Assembly: GCA_964606485.1 (NCBI GenBank)
Contig: CAZSGP010000003.1
Location: 130,481-194,480, forward strand
From: an uncultured Planctomycetia bacterium
GTDB lineage: Bacteria; Omnitrophota; Gorgyraeia; 2-02-FULL-51-18
Reading direction: 5' to 3'
DNA: 64,000 nucleotides
Shown here one piece after another: positions 8,286 through 16,738 of the stretch; the first letter of the stretch is position 1, and the number at the start of each line of letters is the position of its first letter. A program made the translations under genes and the position numbers. The notes under the pieces are model-generated. The model was not told the origin of the DNA and ran no database searches. It was given only the letters and a program-made list of their open reading frames with translations.

Positions 8286-8558
8286 ATGATACCAACCAAT
8301 CGAAAACCAAATCATCCGGGGGAAATTCTATTAAAAGAGTTTCTGCAGCCGATGGGCTTAACTCAATTAGAGCTGGCAAAAAAAATGCATGTGCCCGTTC
8401 AAAGAGTCAACACGCTTATCAATGAAAAAAGAGGTGTGACTGCGGAGACGGCTATTTTGTTGAGCGAAATATTGAAAACCTCGGCAGAATTCTGGATGAA
8501 TTTGCAGGCAACATATGATCTTTATGAGGCGCGGCACCATCTCAAGATAGCGGCTTAA
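8286..8558 (+). CDS. higA: HigA antitoxin (XRE-family HTH)
   Basis: The N-terminus 'HPGEILLKEFLQPMGLTQLELAKKMHVPVQRVNTLINEKRGVTAETAILLSEIL' is canonical for HigA/VapI. Confidence 0.85.
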   Translation: MIPTNRKPNHPGEILLKEFLQPMGLTQLELAKKMHVPVQRVNTLINEKRGVTAETAILLSEILKTSAEFWMNLQATYDLYEARHHLKIAA

Positions 8559-8562
8559 CCCC

Positions 8563-9978
8563 ATGCGTCACCACAGCCGCTCGCTGCTAATCACCTTAAC
8601 CACCGTTTTGCTTTTGACTTCGCGAGTTTTTGCCCTCGAACCCGAACCCACCACCAAATCCCTTTCGCCTCGGGCGTATTTTAAAACCGCGTTGAATGAA
8701 ATCAATAAAGCCCAAGCTTCGGTTGATCTGTGCATGTATCTGATTAGTTTTTACCCCAAAGAAACAGACTCGCAGGTTTATCAGCTCATGAGCGCGCTTG
8801 CTAAGGCCAAAGCGCGTGGCGTCGCGGTGCGGGTGATTCTGGACCAAGATCCCACTCAAAAAAATTTGGCAGCGGCACAGTTTTTGAAACAGGCGGGTGT
8901 CCCGGTGTTTTGGGACTCGGAACTTGTGACCACGCACACCAAAGCGCTTGTGATGGACGGCGAAACGGTGCTGGTGGGTTCAACGAATTGGTCGGAGAGC
9001 GCATTTTCGCGCAACAATGAATCAAATGCGTTCATTCGGTCGAAAGAGTTTGCCGAAGACTTGCTTGCGGAATTTGCCAAAATTAAAACGGTGGAGGCGG
9101 CGGATCCGGATGGACTCGTGGTGAAGATTCCGGTGCATTTTTTGAGCGCGGACATCATGGGTGAGATGGTGAACGAATCCGACGACCGCGCGATGGACAC
9201 GTACTTGTGGCTTTTGAAGGAAGGAAAAAGTGAGCTCGATTATGAAAAACTCGCCGAGGCACTGGGACTTTCAACGGAGGAGCCCATCGGTTACCGCAGG
9301 CAGATCAACAAGACGCTTGAGAAGCTTGAGCAAAAATATTTATTAATCCAAGTGACGACCGAATACGGCAAGCCGGCTCAAGTGAAAATGGACAAACCAA
9401 ACGGCGGGGATTTTAGTGTGCCGCTCGATTACTGGACGCTTGGCTGGGACCGCGAGCTCTCATTTCCAGCGAAGGTGATGCTTCTTCTGAATCGGTATTA
9501 TTCCCAAGATTCGTCCAATTACCCCAAGTGGCGCAAGTCGGTCGCCGGGATTGCCGAGGAGCGGGGGATTTCTCAAGATTTTGTGAGCACGGGCACGATG
9601 AGTTTGCGGCGTTGGAATCTTATTGAAGTGCGTTATGACTCGCTATACGCGGATGATGCGCCGCGCGTTGCGAATGAATACACACCGAAGCCGCTTTATG
9701 ATCGTAAAGAGGAAGAGGTGAAGCTGAGGGCGCTGGTCACTCTCTATGGAAAAGAGGGGGTCGAGCGCGCCCGCGCTGCGGCGAATGCGGTTTATGAAGA
9801 TCACGACATGGATGGAGTGGAAAAGCTCGTCCAACTTGAGAATCGTTACAGTCTAAACATTGTGCAGGCGGCGCTTAAAGTCATCCTTGAGAAAAGCCCC
9901 GACAATCCGAAGCGCTCGCTGGCGTACCTGATCCGCACCATTGAGCGAATGGGCGAAAAAGGATTTCTCGCCGAATAA
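8563..9978 (+). CDS. Secreted phospholipase-D-like (single HKD motif) protein with a ~280-aa C-terminal region of unknown function
   Basis: N-terminal signal peptide. One HKD motif, 'HTKALVMDGETVLVGSTNWSESAF'. The C-terminal half has no family I can recognise. Confidence 0.65.
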   Translation: MRHHSRSLLITLTTVLLLTSRVFALEPEPTTKSLSPRAYFKTALNEINKAQASVDLCMYLISFYPKETDSQVYQLMSALAKAKARGVAVRVILDQDPTQKNLAAAQFLKQAGVPVFWDSELVTTHTKALVMDGETVLVGSTNWSESAFSRNNESNAFIRSKEFAEDLLAEFAKIKTVEAADPDGLVVKIPVHFLSADIMGEMVNESDDRAMDTYLWLLKEGKSELDYEKLAEALGLSTEEPIGYRRQINKTLEKLEQKYLLIQVTTEYGKPAQVKMDKPNGGDFSVPLDYWTLGWDRELSFPAKVMLLLNRYYSQDSSNYPKWRKSVAGIAEERGISQDFVSTGTMSLRRWNLIEVRYDSLYADDAPRVANEYTPKPLYDRKEEEVKLRALVTLYGKEGVERARAAANAVYEDHDMDGVEKLVQLENRYSLNIVQAALKVILEKSPDNPKRSLAYLIRTIERMGEKGFLAE

Positions 9979-9990
9979 AATCAGATTGCA

Positions 9991-10275
9991 GCGAGTCCTG
10001 TCCTCGGAGCTTCAGATGCGCGTCGAAGATATCCTGCTCGTTACGCTCCGCTGTTTGCGGGGGTACGGCGGATCAGACCTCTTGGTTTGAATGGGAAGCG
10101 CCTGCGCTAAAAAGACAATCCCGGCCTCGAGGTTCTAGAACTTCGCTACGCGCTTTACACTGCGCTGGATATTCTCCGCCGCGCATTCGGATGACCGATT
10201 AGCGGCGGGTGGCCGAGGCGAGATGAGCTCGTGCGCAACTGCACACGAGATCGCTCGCCGAAGGACAGGACCCGC
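9991..10275. repeat. GC-rich non-coding element bounded by 17-bp imperfect inverted repeats (GCGAGTCCTGTCCTCGG / CCGAAGGACAGGACCCGC)
   Basis: The terminal inverted repeats match 15/17 about 250 bp apart. There is an internal hairpin, 'CTCGTGCGCAACTGCACACGAG'. Local GC is higher than in the flanks. No plausible ORF is present. Confidence 0.5.
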
Positions 10276-10356
10276 CGCGTGTTTGGACGCATGAATTTGT
10301 TGGATTAAGCGGAATGCTCTGATAGAATAGCTCGCCAAAAGGGGAACTGCTTACAT

Positions 10357-10857
10357 ATGAAAAAATATCTTTTTGGCATCGTTTTTTCCGCACTACTTCT
10401 GCACTCCACTAGCGCGTTCGCGCTCGACAAAAAAACAATCGAAGCAAAGGGTGAAATTGTTTCAACGAGTCCAATCAGCTCGTCTGTCACAATTAAACAC
10501 GGCGTGATCAAAGGATTTTCTGACGCCGGGGAAACTAATTTCGTTGTCGCCTCAAAAGATCTTTTAAATAATTTGTCGCGTTTCGATCTTGTGAATTTTA
10601 CGATCGTGGACGACAAGGGCAATGCGCAGATTGAAAAAATTTCGAAGACCGGTGTCGCGGAGCCTGAGAAGAATGGCCTCGCGATCGGTGAAGCCGCGCG
10701 TGACGTTTTGAAAGCCACCAGTGAAACGGCGAGTTTTGTGACAAGCCCCATTCCTCCGGCGCAGGGCTTGGTCAATGACACGGTTGGTGCGGTGGCGAAT
10801 GGAACAGGCGAAGCGGTGCAAGACGCCTCGGTTCCGAATACGAAAAACAAATTTTAA
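10357..10857 (+). CDS. Secreted OB-fold protein, CusF-like (the metal ligands are not conserved)
   Basis: Signal peptide. The pattern 'GEIVS...VTIKHGVIKGF....NFVV.....L..L..FDLVNFTIV' resembles the CusF/DUF fold. The match is weak. Confidence 0.35.
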   Translation: MKKYLFGIVFSALLLHSTSAFALDKKTIEAKGEIVSTSPISSSVTIKHGVIKGFSDAGETNFVVASKDLLNNLSRFDLVNFTIVDDKGNAQIEKISKTGVAEPEKNGLAIGEAARDVLKATSETASFVTSPIPPAQGLVNDTVGAVANGTGEAVQDASVPNTKNKF

Positions 10858-10920
10858 AACTTAGAAAAGATCCTTCGGCGAAAAAACGCCTCAGGATGAC
10901 AGGGAAAAAAGGAGATTAGA

Positions 10921-12084
10921 ATGGGTTTTTGGCTGGGTCGCGGTAGAAAAGCACGGCGTTCGTACGGATTTGACGAGATCGCTCTCGTTCCGGGAAATGT
11001 AACCATTAATCCCAACGAAGTTGATACGTCCTGGGAAATTGGAAAGAAAAAATTTCGCGTTCCGATTTTAGCCAGCGCCATGGACGGCGTGGTCGACGTG
11101 AATTTTGCGGTCAAGATGTCGAAGCTTGGCGGCATTGCGGTGCTGAACCTCGAAGGCGTGCAGACGCGTTACGATAACCCAGGCGAAGTGCTAAAGAAAA
11201 TTGCTGCGGCGACCCCTGAAGAATCGGGTCCGCTCTTGCAAGCCATTTACAAACAACCCATCAAGCCAAAACTCATCGCAAAGCGCATTAAAGAGATCAA
11301 GCAGCGCGGCGGAACAGCGGTTGTGTCGAGCATTCCACAACGCGCAGAAGAGTTTGGAAAAATTGCGCAAGGCGCGGGCTGCGACATTTTTGTGGTGCAA
11401 TCCACGGTGTCGACGGTGAAACACATCTCGAGTGAATACAAGACGATTGATTTCTTTAAATTCTGCCAGAAGATGATGAAGATTCCGGTGATCATTGGAA
11501 ACTGTGTAACGTACCAAACCACACTGGAGCTTATGGAAACCGGTGTCTCGGCGCTTTTGATTGGTGTGGGGCCCGGAGCTGCGTGCACGTCTCGCGGCGT
11601 TCTCGGACTGGGTGTGCCGCAAGTCACGGCCATTTGTGACGCGGCAGCGGCGCGCGATGCGTACTTTAAACGCACGAAGAAATACATTCCGATTATTGGC
11701 GATGGCGGAATGTCGTCCGGTGGAGACATTTGTAAGGCATTTGCTTGCGGGTCGGACGCAGTGATGGTGGGTTCTGCTTTTGCGCGCGCCAAAGAAGCGC
11801 CGGGCGGCGGCTACCACTGGGGCATGGCGACTCCGCACGCGAACTTGCCGCGCGGGACTCGGATTCGGGTGAGCACGACGGGAACCTTAGAAGAAATTTT
11901 GTACGGACCGGCCAAACTCGATGATGGATCGCAAAACCTCATGGGCGCTCTGCAAACCTGCATGGGCAATGTCGGTGCGATGACGGTGAAAGAATTGCAA
12001 CTTGTGGATCTTGTGATTGCGCCGTCGATCAAGACTGAAGGAAAAGTGTTTCAACAAGCCCAACGCGTCGGAATGGGCAAGTAA
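10921..12084 (+). CDS. IMP dehydrogenase-family protein lacking the CBS pair (GuaB3-like)
   Basis: A TIM-barrel IMPDH/GMP-reductase-like sequence ('FDEIALVPG', 'ASAMDGV', 'IGDGGMSSGGDI'). At 387 aa there is no CBS insert. Confidence 0.7.
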   Translation: MGFWLGRGRKARRSYGFDEIALVPGNVTINPNEVDTSWEIGKKKFRVPILASAMDGVVDVNFAVKMSKLGGIAVLNLEGVQTRYDNPGEVLKKIAAATPEESGPLLQAIYKQPIKPKLIAKRIKEIKQRGGTAVVSSIPQRAEEFGKIAQGAGCDIFVVQSTVSTVKHISSEYKTIDFFKFCQKMMKIPVIIGNCVTYQTTLELMETGVSALLIGVGPGAACTSRGVLGLGVPQVTAICDAAAARDAYFKRTKKYIPIIGDGGMSSGGDICKAFACGSDAVMVGSAFARAKEAPGGGYHWGMATPHANLPRGTRIRVSTTGTLEEILYGPAKLDDGSQNLMGALQTCMGNVGAMTVKELQLVDLVIAPSIKTEGKVFQQAQRVGMGK

Positions 12085-12095
12085 ACGGTATTTGT

Positions 12096-13763
12096 GTGGG
12101 TAATTTAAGCACGCTCGAAATTGCCCACAAAGCCAAGCCTCTTCGGATTGCGGATATTGCCACGCAAAATGGCATCCGCGCCGAAGAGGTGGAGCTTTAC
12201 GGTAGTAGCAAAGCCAAGATCTCCCTAAAAGTTCTCGAAAGACTCTCCTCCAAGCCAAACGGCAAACTCATTTGCGTCACCGGGATGACTCCCACCAAAG
12301 AAGGTGACGGAAAAACCACAACGAGCATTGGGCTCACCCAGGGACTCGGTAAGCTTAAGAAAAAAGTATTTCTCTGCTTAAGACAACCGTCGCTTGCTCC
12401 GATTTTTGGATTTAAGGGTGGAGCGACCGGTGGCGGCTACTCGCAAGTGGTGCCGATGGAAGAAATTAATCTTCATTTTACCGGCGACATTCACGCCATT
12501 CAGACTGCGCACAATTTGCTCGCGGCCATCATGGAAAATCACCTTCATTTTGGAAACAAGCTCGGCATTGACCCTGAGCAAATTTTTTGGCGCCGCTCGA
12601 TGGACATGAGCGACCGGCAGCTTCGGGAAATTGTCGTCGGCGTGTCCAAGGCGAGTAAATTTCAAAAATACAAAACCGGCTTTGACATTACGGCGGCGTC
12701 GGAAGTGATGGCGGCGTTGTCGTTATCGGATTCGATTAAAACTTTAAAGCAGAAGCTTGGAAAAATTGCGGTGGCGATGACGAAAGACGGAAAACTGGTT
12801 ACGGCTAAAGATTTGAAAGCGTCGGGAGCGATGGCGCTTTTGTTAAAAGAGGCGGTGAAGCCGAATTTGGTTCAGACTTTAGAAGGACAACCGGTGTTCA
12901 TGCACATGGGGCCGTTTGCAAACGTGTCGCACGGCAACAATAGTCTTATTTCGACGCAGATGGCGCTCAAACTGGCTAATTACGTCGTGACCGAGTCCGG
13001 TTTCGCGACGGATCTCGGAATGGAAAAACTTTTTGATCTCGTGCTTCGCGGAAGCGATGTGAAGCCGAGTGTGGTGGTGCTGGTGGTGTCGGTGAAGGCG
13101 CTAAAGTCTCACGCCGGAGAAAACGCAGCGGGGAAAGCACAAGACGCGTTTCGCGAGGGGTTTGCGAATGTGGCGCGGCACATTCAAAACATTCGCCGCT
13201 TTGGAGTGGAGCCGGTGATTGCGATTAACCGCTTTCCGCAGGACACCGACGAAGAAATTAAAGCTGTGCGCAATCATTTTGCGATGCAAAACGTCGAGTG
13301 CGCAGTGTCGGAAGGCGTGCGGCTCGGTGGCGAAGGATGTGTGGAGCTTGCCGAGAAAGTCTTGAAAGTGATTACCGAGAAGCCGGCCAATTTTAAACCG
13401 TTGTATGAGCTGTCGCTGAGTCCCGAAGAAAAAATTTTAAAGATCGCTCAAGAATTGTATGGCGCCTCGTCGGTGACGTATACCGAGGAAGCTAAAAAAG
13501 ATTTGGAAAAAATTCATGCGCTGAAACTGGACGAGCTGCCAGTGTGTGTCGCGAAAACGCCGTACTCGTTTTCGGACGATCTTTTGCTGAAGGGCGCTCC
13601 AACGAATTTCAAAATCAAAGTGCGGCGCGTGCATGCGTACACGGGCGCCGGATTTCTCGTGGTGCTCGCTGGAAAAATGATGCTGATGCCGGGCTTGCCC
13701 GAGCAGCCAACTCTTGAACACATGGATCTTACTGACGACGGCCGCGCTGTAGGCCTATTCTAA
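12096..13763 (+). CDS. fhs: Formate--tetrahydrofolate ligase
   Basis: The signature 'PTKEGDGKTTTSIGL' is present. Full-length at ~555 aa. Confidence 0.9.
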   Translation: MGNLSTLEIAHKAKPLRIADIATQNGIRAEEVELYGSSKAKISLKVLERLSSKPNGKLICVTGMTPTKEGDGKTTTSIGLTQGLGKLKKKVFLCLRQPSLAPIFGFKGGATGGGYSQVVPMEEINLHFTGDIHAIQTAHNLLAAIMENHLHFGNKLGIDPEQIFWRRSMDMSDRQLREIVVGVSKASKFQKYKTGFDITAASEVMAALSLSDSIKTLKQKLGKIAVAMTKDGKLVTAKDLKASGAMALLLKEAVKPNLVQTLEGQPVFMHMGPFANVSHGNNSLISTQMALKLANYVVTESGFATDLGMEKLFDLVLRGSDVKPSVVVLVVSVKALKSHAGENAAGKAQDAFREGFANVARHIQNIRRFGVEPVIAINRFPQDTDEEIKAVRNHFAMQNVECAVSEGVRLGGEGCVELAEKVLKVITEKPANFKPLYELSLSPEEKILKIAQELYGASSVTYTEEAKKDLEKIHALKLDELPVCVAKTPYSFSDDLLLKGAPTNFKIKVRRVHAYTGAGFLVVLAGKMMLMPGLPEQPTLEHMDLTDDGRAVGLF

Positions 13764-14321
13764 TTGCTGCTTGCCTTTCATAAACCTTACGGCGTTTTGT
13801 CTCAATTCACCAAAGAAGCGCCGGATCATCACACGCTTGCGGAATTTGGATTTCCTAAACACGTTTATCCGATTGGAAGGCTCGACTGGGACAGCGAAGG
13901 CTTGCTTTTACTCAGCAACGAACGCGACTGGACCGAGTGGCTACTCAATCCTAAAAACCGGCATGAGCGGGTGTATCACGCGCAAGTGGACCGGGTGGTG
14001 ACGCCGGAAGCGATTGCCCAGCTCCAAAAAGGGGTGTTGATTGACGGCGAAATGACGCGGCCTGCCAAAGCTAAAATTTTAGAGAACCCCGGTTACCCCG
14101 AGCGCGTGCCGCCGGTCCGGTTTCGCAAAACCGTTCCAACGAGTTGGCTCGAGCTCAAACTCACCGAAGGAAAAAATAGACAAGTGCGGCGCATGACGGC
14201 GGCGGTGGGTTTTCCGACGCTGAGACTTTTGCGTGTGTCGATTGGGACGATTCCGCTCGGGGATCTGGCGGCAGGGAAATGGCGGGAGCTTTCGGAAAAA
14301 GAACAGTTATCTTTACGATGA
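13764..14321 (+). CDS. rRNA pseudouridine synthase, RsuA/RluE-type
   Basis: Motifs 'LLAFHKPYGVLSQFT' and 'PIGRLDWDSEGLLLLSNE' with the catalytic Asp. Starts with TTG right after the fhs stop. Confidence 0.75.
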   Translation: MLLAFHKPYGVLSQFTKEAPDHHTLAEFGFPKHVYPIGRLDWDSEGLLLLSNERDWTEWLLNPKNRHERVYHAQVDRVVTPEAIAQLQKGVLIDGEMTRPAKAKILENPGYPERVPPVRFRKTVPTSWLELKLTEGKNRQVRRMTAAVGFPTLRLLRVSIGTIPLGDLAAGKWRELSEKEQLSLR

Positions 14322-14378
14322 ACCAACCTCGCACTGTAGTTTTGTTCGATTATCACCACCTCCGGGGTGGTATTGGTT

Positions 14379-15137
14379 ATGACTAGGCTGCATACGCACC
14401 CAAATTTTTACATCGATACGGATTACCGTGTGCTTTTTGAAGATGATGCGCTGCTTGTGATCAATAAGCCAGCGCCGCTCGCGGTTCATCCGGTAGGCTC
14501 GTACGTTGAGCTGAATATTCACTCGCTTGTCAAAAAAGATCCGCGCTGGGAGGGGATATCCATGAAAATGGTGCACCGGCTCGATGCAGAAACGAGCGGC
14601 GTGCTGGTGATGGCTAAAACGTATGAGGCGGCGCGAAGCCTAGGAAAACAATTTTTAGCGGGAACGATTGAAAAAGAATACGAAGCGGTGGTGTTTGGGA
14701 CACCGAACCCTTCTGAAGGCTTGATTGATTTTCCGCTCGGCCATGACGAGAGCTCTGGATTTCAAAGTGTGCGCACGCATGATGCGGAAAATGGGGAGAA
14801 GGCACAAACTCAGTTTAAAGTTTTAAAATCGGGCGCGGAATATTCCAGAGTACTGCTCAAGCCTTTAACCGGACGCACGCATCAACTGCGCGTGCACATG
14901 GCGCTCATCGGACATCCGATTGTGGGGGATAAAATTTACATCGATTTGAAAATTTTTGCCAAATACGTGGTGGAAGGGTTAAACGACGAGATGATGGAGA
15001 GACTGAAGCTTAAGCGTTTGGCGTTGCACGCGGGGAAAATTACGTTTACACACCCGCATACGCGCGAACTTCTCAGTGTTAGCGCCCCACTTCCTAAAAT
15101 TTTAAGTGATTTTGTCGAGTTTTCGGGGCTTTCCTAG
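14379..15137 (+). CDS. RluA-family pseudouridine synthase
   Basis: Catalytic motif 'HRLDAETSGVLVMAKT' and 'GRTHQLRVHMA'. Confidence 0.8.
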   Translation: MTRLHTHPNFYIDTDYRVLFEDDALLVINKPAPLAVHPVGSYVELNIHSLVKKDPRWEGISMKMVHRLDAETSGVLVMAKTYEAARSLGKQFLAGTIEKEYEAVVFGTPNPSEGLIDFPLGHDESSGFQSVRTHDAENGEKAQTQFKVLKSGAEYSRVLLKPLTGRTHQLRVHMALIGHPIVGDKIYIDLKIFAKYVVEGLNDEMMERLKLKRLALHAGKITFTHPHTRELLSVSAPLPKILSDFVEFSGLS

Positions 15138-15244
15138 AGCGAAAATACCTGAGATAGCGCTCGCTTTTGAGAGCGGAAGCTGTTAGAATGCCCCCAACGC
15201 AATACAGGCTCTGTCGTTTTTAATGCAGTCAATAATTTTGAAAA

Positions 15245-15284
15245 CCGCGAATCCTAAACTAAAAGGGTTCGCGGATTTTTTTTG
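15245..15284 (+). terminator. Rho-independent terminator after the rluA-like gene
   Basis: Stem CCGCGAATCC/GGTTCGCGG followed by ATTTTTTTT. Confidence 0.6.
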
Positions 15285-15306
15285 TTTGGCTCACCCCGGA
15301 GATCAA

Positions 15307-16302
15307 ATGGTGGAAATAGGCCGCAGTAAAGAAATTATTGATCAGCTAGAAGTTTTTATGGGCACCCAACTTGGGATGCTCAAGTCCGTTGATGAGTCCT
15401 GGCAGGCGTGTGATTTTTTGCCGGATATGTCCAAAGACAATTGGGTAGACGGTGTGAAGGATTTGCGTTTGCAATCCGCCGGGTTATCGGACGATGCGCT
15501 GGTGGTTTTAGCGGGAAACATGGTCACCGAAGAAGCGTTGCCGTCGTACCAAACCTGGATTAATCGCAACGAAGGAATCAGCGATGAGACCGGTGCGAGC
15601 GATAGCTCGTGGGGACAGTGGTCGCGTGGATGGACCGCCGAAGAAAAGCGCCACGGTGAACTGCTGAGTCACTATCTTTATCTGACGGGGCGGGTAGACA
15701 TGCGCTCGGTGGAAGTGACGATTCAGCATTTAATCCGTAATGGATTTGATGTGAAATCGGACAGAGATCCGTACCGTTCAATGGTTTATGTTTCGTTTCA
15801 AGAGCGAGCCACCAAAGTGTCGCACGCGAATATGGGTCGTCTAGCCGAGCGCTGCGGGGATAGTCGGCTTGCGAAAATTTGCTCGATGATTGCATCTGAC
15901 GAAGCGCGTCACGAAGAAGTCTATAAACGCGTGTTTGAGAAGGTGATTCAGCTGGACCCCAGCGAAGCGGTGATTGCTTTTGCATTTATGATGAAACAAA
16001 AAGTAGTGATGCCGGCGCGACTCATGTCCGACGGAAGCGAACGCGATCTTTTTACGAATTTTGCCATTGTGGCACAGAGAAGCAAGGTTTACACGACGAC
16101 CGACTACGCGGGAATCGTTTCACATTTGTTGGAATTTTGGAAAATCGGGTCGCTGACAGGCTTGTCAGCGGAAGCGACCGAGGCGCAAGAATTTTTGTGC
16201 GGGCTGCCGGAACGATTTTTGTCCAAGGCAGAAAAAACAGAGCGAATCATCTCTAAAATCCCCAAAGAACCGTTTCGTTGGATTTTCGAAAGGAGCGCGT
16301 AA
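15307..16302 (+). CDS. Soluble acyl-ACP desaturase (ferritin-like di-iron, DesA/plant stearoyl-ACP desaturase type)
   Basis: Di-iron ligand motifs 'EEKRHGELL' and 'DEARHEEVY', plus 'QERATKVSHANMG'. The start is set at the ATG 5 nt after GGAGA. The ATG at 15223 lies upstream of the terminator and was rejected. Confidence 0.75.
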   Translation: MVEIGRSKEIIDQLEVFMGTQLGMLKSVDESWQACDFLPDMSKDNWVDGVKDLRLQSAGLSDDALVVLAGNMVTEEALPSYQTWINRNEGISDETGASDSSWGQWSRGWTAEEKRHGELLSHYLYLTGRVDMRSVEVTIQHLIRNGFDVKSDRDPYRSMVYVSFQERATKVSHANMGRLAERCGDSRLAKICSMIASDEARHEEVYKRVFEKVIQLDPSEAVIAFAFMMKQKVVMPARLMSDGSERDLFTNFAIVAQRSKVYTTTDYAGIVSHLLEFWKIGSLTGLSAEATEAQEFLCGLPERFLSKAEKTERIISKIPKEPFRWIFERSA

Positions 16303-16495
16303 CCGTTTATGGCGAGGAGATTTTCTGTGAAATCTAAAAAGATATCGGCATCCAGCAAGGGGAGGCGCTGCAAATTTCCTTCTTGCAAGAGACTGCTTAG
16401 CATTTATAATCACGAAACAAACTGTCATATTCACTTGAATAAAATGGCGCGCAAGGCGCACGCCATGAACCCGGCTTAAAAATAAGGAGCAACCC

Positions 16496-16636
16496 ATGAA
16501 ACCTCAACAAAAAACAACCTTCGTTCAAAAGCGCGTCGTTAAAATCGGAAAAGCCGAAAAAGTTTTTAATGCCGGTGAAAAGATGAAAGCCAAGCTCGTC
16601 CGCGATAAAGAAGCACAAGCCAAAGCCTCCGCCTAA
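16496..16636 (+). CDS. Small basic protein (46 aa), hypothetical
   Basis: Strong AAGGAG ribosome-binding site 5 nt before the ATG. Lys-rich. No family assigned. Confidence 0.35.
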   Translation: MKPQQKTTFVQKRVVKIGKAEKVFNAGEKMKAKLVRDKEAQAKASA

Positions 16637-16663
16637 ACAACGGTTTATACTAATAATAATAGT

Positions 16664-16694
16664 TGTTTAATTAACAATCTATTTGTTGTATAAT
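16664..16694 (+). promoter_or_regulatory. Putative sigma70-type promoter (TTGTTT-N19-TATAAT) for the small secreted peptide gene
   Basis: Perfect TATAAT at 16689-16694 with TG immediately upstream. The -35 box is weak and the spacing is long. Confidence 0.3.
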
Positions 16695-16738
16695 GCTTAA
16701 CGTTGTTAGGATTAATTCATCTACACGTAGGAGGTTTG

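Noticed and set aside
10135-10393. Two overlapping minus-strand ORFs (67 and 64 aa) in the GC-rich spacer
   Set aside because: Arg/Ala/Cys-rich translations typical of GC-rich non-coding DNA. No ribosome-binding site. The region is better explained as an inverted-repeat-bounded non-coding element.
11191-11838. 215-aa and 181-aa antisense ORFs opposite the IMPDH-family gene
   Set aside because: Arg/His-rich composition and complete overlap with a well-supported + strand CDS. They are antisense shadow ORFs.
3221-14362. Shared 12-mer 'TATCACCACCTC' upstream of two start codons (3221 and 14351)
   Set aside because: In a 64-kb window, roughly 100 chance 12-mer coincidences are expected. No longer shared context exists, so it is not a regulatory repeat.
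15223-15306. Upstream ATG (15223) as the start of the acyl-ACP desaturase
   Set aside because: It precedes a stem-loop with a T-run terminator (15245-15284) and lacks a ribosome-binding site. The ATG at 15307 with a GGAGA ribosome-binding site gives a protein of the expected length.
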